Made by a program: the position numbers and the translations under genes. Positions 39,306 to 42,802 of a DNA stretch of 42,802 nt are shown here, in pieces; the first letter of the stretch is position 1; the number at the start of each line of letters is the position of its first letter. The stretch comes from a virus (lineage: Duplodnaviria > Caudoviricetes): the IMG/VR virus record IMGVR_UViG_3300046804_003963, positions 1 to 42,802 of that record. The stretch is one strand, 5' to 3'. Below the pieces are notes generated by a model. That model did not search any database and was not told where the DNA came from. It saw nothing but the letters and a program-made list of their open reading frames with translations.

Positions 39306-39908
39306 TTATTCGCCAACATATCTTGCAATGGATCCAACATATCTGCCAGGTTTAATAATATTTTTTGTTACATTACTGAATGCACCTACGGTTACATGAT
39401 CAGTTATCGACACATTATTAATTATAGATGATTTGAAGTTTAATGTACAGTATTTTCCTATCGTTGTTCGTCCTGCAATTAAACTTCCACCATGAATTAC
39501 AGAACCTCTACCAATTTTTCCATGATGAGGGAGTAAACAATAACATTCTATCCAACAATGATCTTCAACTTCAGAGTGATATGTTATTGTACTGAATGCT
39601 CCTACAAAAACTCCTTTACCAATTTTAACAACATTATCAAAAACAACACAAGAATCATGTACATAAGTCACACAATCTAAGTCCAATTGATCGATTTCTT
39701 CACAGACTATTTTCCTCAGATTCATATCTAAAGTAAATCCAACAAAATATTGATAATCGGATTTATTCTTTAGACCTAAAAAAGTTTCCGGAGTAATAAT
39801 TTCAATTTGATTTTTACTTTCCAATGAAAACCAATGAAAAGCACCATCAGTTAATGATGATTCTGTGTAACCAATGATTTTAATTGGTTTATCATTTTCT
39901 ATAATCAT
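39306..39908 (-). CDS. Hexapeptide-repeat (LbH) sugar acyltransferase, NeuD/PglD-like
   Basis: N-terminal Rossmann-like part, then left-handed beta-helix repeats (VKIGKG VFVGAF...HHGKIGRG...TTIGKY) ending VGAFSNVTKNI..PGRYVGSIAR. Confidence 0.85.
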   Translation of the reverse strand: MIIENDKPIKIIGYTESSLTDGAFHWFSLESKNQIEIITPETFLGLKNKSDYQYFVGFTLDMNLRKIVCEEIDQLDLDCVTYVHDSCVVFDNVVKIGKGVFVGAFSTITYHSEVEDHCWIECYCLLPHHGKIGRGSVIHGGSLIAGRTTIGKYCTLNFKSSIINNVSITDHVTVGAFSNVTKNIIKPGRYVGSIARYVGE

Positions 39909-41068
39909 TCTTTAAAAGAAACTCCAAAATGTCTAAGAGATTGTTTAATTTTTTGATGATTAAAAGTTCTTTGAAAATTTTTATCAAAAAACATTGCATC
40001 TAATTTTTCACAATTATTATCAAATCTTTTTTTGTTATCAGACCACAATTCTTTTATATTTGTAGATCCATCTAATAATTTTTCATTATTATTAATTGCA
40101 GTTGCCATTCGTTCAAAATGATCTTCAACTTCATCATAACTATGATCAATTATATCATCAAATAAATCCAAATCAAACAATTTTTTTAATTCTCTGACTA
40201 CTCCAACTCCATTAATATAAATTGGAAAATTTTTACCATAAACAGATTGCCACTCTTTTTCACTTAATACAGGAGTATTTTCAAAAAACATCGTTCCAGT
40301 TATAATTTCAACAGCAACATTTTCATAACAAGATACTAAAACTTCATGATAATTATCAACTATTTTATAGTATGGAGTTGTTCTATCAAAAGGAGGAATA
40401 TCTAATAAATTAAAATCCTTTGATTTAAGTCTTGCATATCCTTTAGCTATATCACCTTTTAATTTGTAATCTGTAATTTTAGATATGTTTTTATAACCAT
40501 CAAATTTTACAACAGGTGGACAACTAATGTCAAAAGTAAAATCACCGTTATGATAATAATCTTTAGATAACAAATAACATATTGTTGCAATTCGATGCAA
40601 CTTCGTATCTCCATTAAATGTTACCCATCGATTTGTAATTTCTTTCTTTTTACAAGACTTATACTTATCAGTTAAATTTGTGGGCATAATTGTATCCAAA
40701 TATAAATTTGGAATCACAATGCCTCGTAAATTCAAATCTCTTTGAAGATTTAAATGAGGATTATAAATGATAAAATTTTGTTCTGGATGCTTCGCGCAAA
40801 ATTCAACCAAACCTTCAATATCAGTATTATCCTTTCTATCAATAATAGTATCAATAATATTTAAAATTACTGTTTTACTTTGAAAATTTATTTTATTTAA
40901 ATCTTCAAAATTTGTTCCCAAATCATGTCCATTTGCATGATGATATGGACAAAAAACTAATTGATAACATTCGATATCTTCTTCAATTTTATATGTATCA
41001 AAAAAAGTTTCAAAAGTATCGTTGAAAGGAGCAGCAAATGTATTTGCTGATAGGGTTTTTATTTCCAT
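39905..41068 (-). CDS. Hypothetical protein (387 aa), possibly a GT-B/fucosyltransferase-like enzyme
   Basis: C-terminal FFEN...LSEK...FPI...G...FDDIIDHSYD pattern loosely resembles the FEN...TEK motif of GT10-like enzymes. ATGA overlap with the acyltransferase. The gene is confident; the function is tentative. Confidence 0.5.
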   Translation of the reverse strand: MEIKTLSANTFAAPFNDTFETFFDTYKIEEDIECYQLVFCPYHHANGHDLGTNFEDLNKINFQSKTVILNIIDTIIDRKDNTDIEGLVEFCAKHPEQNFIIYNPHLNLQRDLNLRGIVIPNLYLDTIMPTNLTDKYKSCKKKEITNRWVTFNGDTKLHRIATICYLLSKDYYHNGDFTFDISCPPVVKFDGYKNISKITDYKLKGDIAKGYARLKSKDFNLLDIPPFDRTTPYYKIVDNYHEVLVSCYENVAVEIITGTMFFENTPVLSEKEWQSVYGKNFPIYINGVGVVRELKKLFDLDLFDDIIDHSYDEVEDHFERMATAINNNEKLLDGSTNIKELWSDNKKRFDNNCEKLDAMFFDKNFQRTFNHQKIKQSLRHFGVSFKE

Positions 41069-41073
41069 TTTAA

Positions 41074-41661
41074 TTAAAAATGTTTTTGGTAGACTTCTTC
41101 TTCATTTGATAATCTCATGGTAAGTAAAATTCTAGGAAGTTTATCATTTATAATTTCAACTCCATGAATCTCTTTTACATTATTTAATGTTGGAACATCC
41201 AAAATATATCTATCAACTTCATGTATATCATTGCGATCATAAACATGACCATTCACTCCAGATTTGTATGAGTGTGCCTCAGACATCACTCTTTCATTAT
41301 TTTTTTCATAAAAGACTGTTGCTGCACTTGTTTCATTAAGAATAGGCCAATGCAGTCGAATTCTTCTTTTTATCGAATTATCTCCATCTGTATGTATTGG
41401 AATGTTGTCCGCTCCATCGATATACACAAACGCCATATAAATGACTTCACTGTTAAGTTGTCTCCGAATACATTCAAATAATTCTGGAATATCTTGTTTA
41501 AATTTTGTGAGATCTTCGTCAGATACAAAGTTAAAAGAAACTCTCTCAGAAAATTTTTTTTCGGACTCATTCACATCCGTTGTTACAAAATCAACAATAT
41601 ATGAAACTATCTTATCTTGTATTTCTTTAAAATTATCAATCTCAAGTTTCTTATAATACAT
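41074..41661 (-). CDS. Putative 2OG-Fe(II) oxygenase (DSBH fold)
   Basis: HxD (IPIHTDG), distal H (IHGV) and R (PRILLTMR) in the canonical order. Confidence 0.7.
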   Translation of the reverse strand: MYYKKLEIDNFKEIQDKIVSYIVDFVTTDVNESEKKFSERVSFNFVSDEDLTKFKQDIPELFECIRRQLNSEVIYMAFVYIDGADNIPIHTDGDNSIKRRIRLHWPILNETSAATVFYEKNNERVMSEAHSYKSGVNGHVYDRNDIHEVDRYILDVPTLNNVKEIHGVEIINDKLPRILLTMRLSNEEEVYQKHF

Positions 41662-41680
41662 TTCAATGAACTTAAAAAAG

Positions 41681-41688
41681 TATTTATG
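41681..41688 (-). promoter_or_regulatory. Late promoter (CATAAATA) heading the modification-enzyme cassette
   Basis: One mismatch to consensus, 20 bp upstream of ATG 41661. Confidence 0.7.
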
Positions 41689-41770
41689 GCCACCAAAAAA
41701 ATTTTTGATTGTTGATGGCTTTTCGAGCGCTTTTTGGGGTCGTTATAGATTAGGGTAGTTTAGCGTTTTT

Positions 41771-41793
41771 AAAACGGGGGCCACCGCGCCCCG
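41771..41793 (-). terminator. Possible terminator between the early and late regions
   Basis: Minus strand CGGGGC-GCGGTG-GCCCCCG followed by TTTT; the U-tract is short. Confidence 0.35.
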
Positions 41794-41926
41794 CGCTAAC
41801 ACAAACGGCCCGCCAAACAACTGCTCAAACTGGCATAAATCTCTGACCCTCCGCCGCTCTTCGTGTTCGTATTCGTGTCCCCTCCAAGTGTTCATAAGCC
41901 TCAGAGGGGACGATACATCTACTCCA

Positions 41927-42172
41927 TCAGCCGCTAGTCTTGAAGTATGCCGAGTGGCCGCCCTCAACAACAGCATTCTGTGCATGTGTGGCATGCCCAT
42001 TGTATGCCTGACCGCGACGGTTCGTGTTAGTCCGAGGGCCATTCGTGCGGCTCATGATCAGTTCAGATTTCCGAGCCTTACGGGTGGGGAGCACAGTGTA
42101 CTTCAGCTGCCCCTGAGTGTCAGCAATCAGCAGATCCAGTTTGCTTGCCTTTGCGATGTCAATGGTGCTCAT
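41927..42172 (-). CDS. Hypothetical basic protein (81 aa)
   Basis: Co-oriented ORF starting ~42 bp after the upstream gene's stop; no recognisable family. Confidence 0.6.
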   Translation of the reverse strand: MSTIDIAKASKLDLLIADTQGQLKYTVLPTRKARKSELIMSRTNGPRTNTNRRGQAYNGHATHAQNAVVEGGHSAYFKTSG

Positions 42173-42214
42173 GATGTTGATAACGAATGTGTGTGGTTAG
42201 AATAGACGAATCAA

Positions 42215-42493
42215 TCAAAGCTCACGAATCATTTCATTCATTTCCTCCTCATTGATTGCTTCATCATCCCAACGAACACCGTCACGAGTCTGTACCAAAT
42301 GACGACCAATCTGGCCATCAGTCATACAACGAACAAACTTAGCCCAAGGGGTCTCATCATCACCACAGAACTCAACACAAGCCTTGGCAGTGTTATACAG
42401 AAACTCATCATTTCCGATCCACAGAGCAGCATTCCAGGTCTCATAGTTAGACCAGCCGTTGTAGGTAGCTTGAGTGGTTTGGGTGTTGGTCAT
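42215..42493 (-). CDS. Small phage protein with a YNGWxNYETW motif (92 aa)
   Basis: ATG 42493 has a GAGAGGA Shine-Dalgarno. TYNGWSNYETWNAALWIGNDE is a motif I recognise from uncharacterised phage proteins. Confidence 0.8.
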   Translation of the reverse strand: MTNTQTTQATYNGWSNYETWNAALWIGNDEFLYNTAKACVEFCGDDETPWAKFVRCMTDGQIGRHLVQTRDGVRWDDEAINEEEMNEMIREL

Positions 42494-42515
42494 TCGTGTT
42501 CCTCTCAACATGGCT

Positions 42516-42574
42516 AAGATACCAGGCCTGGCTGCCTCTGGCGCATACCATGGCCCACTTGTACGGCTGTCCAC
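42516..42574 (-). promoter_or_regulatory. Putative early/middle promoter with extended -10 (TGGTATCTT) and upstream GTGGACAG-N6-AAGTG element
   Basis: TGn-TATCTT lies ~23 bp upstream of the ATG and there is no TTGACA. The upstream box resembles motifs I recall ahead of small cyanomyovirus genes. Confidence 0.45.
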
Positions 42575-42692
42575 TATTCTCTCTGTTCTCAGCTTTTTAT
42601 GGTATACTCATGGACCTCTGTGGCTTGAGCTTTACATAAGCACTCTGGCTTAAGCTTAATCACGAAGCCCCTTTATGCACTCCCACAGAGTT

Positions 42693-42722
42693 ATTATAAG
42701 CCATTCAGAGGGCTTATGTCAA
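42693..42722 (-). promoter_or_regulatory. Consensus sigma70 promoter TTGACA-N18-TATAAT
   Basis: Perfect -35 (42722-42717) and -10 (42698-42693) hexamers with an 18-bp spacer in non-coding DNA. Confidence 0.85.
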
Positions 42723-42758
42723 GCTCCGAATGTTGGGGTCTTAGAGTGCTCATAAGGC

Positions 42759-42800
42759 TGTGGAAAACTTATAGACTTTTTCCACAAGTGCTGTGGAAAA
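42759..42800. promoter_or_regulatory. Cluster of three cyanobacterial-type DnaA boxes (TTTTCCACA)
   Basis: Exact 9-mers at 42759-42767 (-), 42778-42786 (+) and 42792-42800 (-). The cluster may continue beyond the window. Confidence 0.65.
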
Positions 42801-42802
42801 CT

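Noticed and set aside
41743-42517. ORFs 41743-42042 (-), 41888-42205 (+) and 42299-42517 (+)
   Set aside because: They overlap better-supported minus-strand genes or structured non-coding DNA, and chance ORFs are expected at the higher GC.
42589-42663. Possible 24-aa ORF (GTG start, IKLKPECLCK...) under the sigma70 promoter
   Set aside because: Too short, weak start, and coincident with inverted repeats; it cannot be supported without conservation data.

Overview
This window is a segment of a large T4-like myovirus genome, very probably a cyanophage. That assignment rests on gene content, the oversized gp7, a VrlC/DUF4815 protein and cyanobacterial-type DnaA boxes. All credible genes are on the minus strand. 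In transcription order (right to left): (1) a GC-richer, largely non-coding or early-gene region (~41.7-42.8 kb) with a consensus sigma70 promoter, nested inverted repeats and three perfect TTTTCCACA boxes; (2) a late-promoter cassette of putative modification enzymes (2OG-Fe(II) oxygenase-like, unknown/GT-like, hexapeptide acyltransferase, GT-A glycosyltransferase); (3) several tiny genes missed by the ORF track and a hairpin-rich leader; (4) baseplate genes gp25, gp6, gp7 (4368 aa) and gp8; (5) a VrlC-like protein and small structural genes; (6) a 335-aa gene with its own late promoter and terminator, followed by a 116-aa gene and a ~2631-aa protein of 20-aa repeats with shuffled inserted modules, in the slot where T4 has wac; (7) neck genes gp13 and gp14 (partial). 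The best candidates for undescribed biology are the putative subunit-plus-ruler filament module, the DnaA-box/promoter element and the late glycan-modification cassette. Product calls come from motif recognition only; no searches were run.
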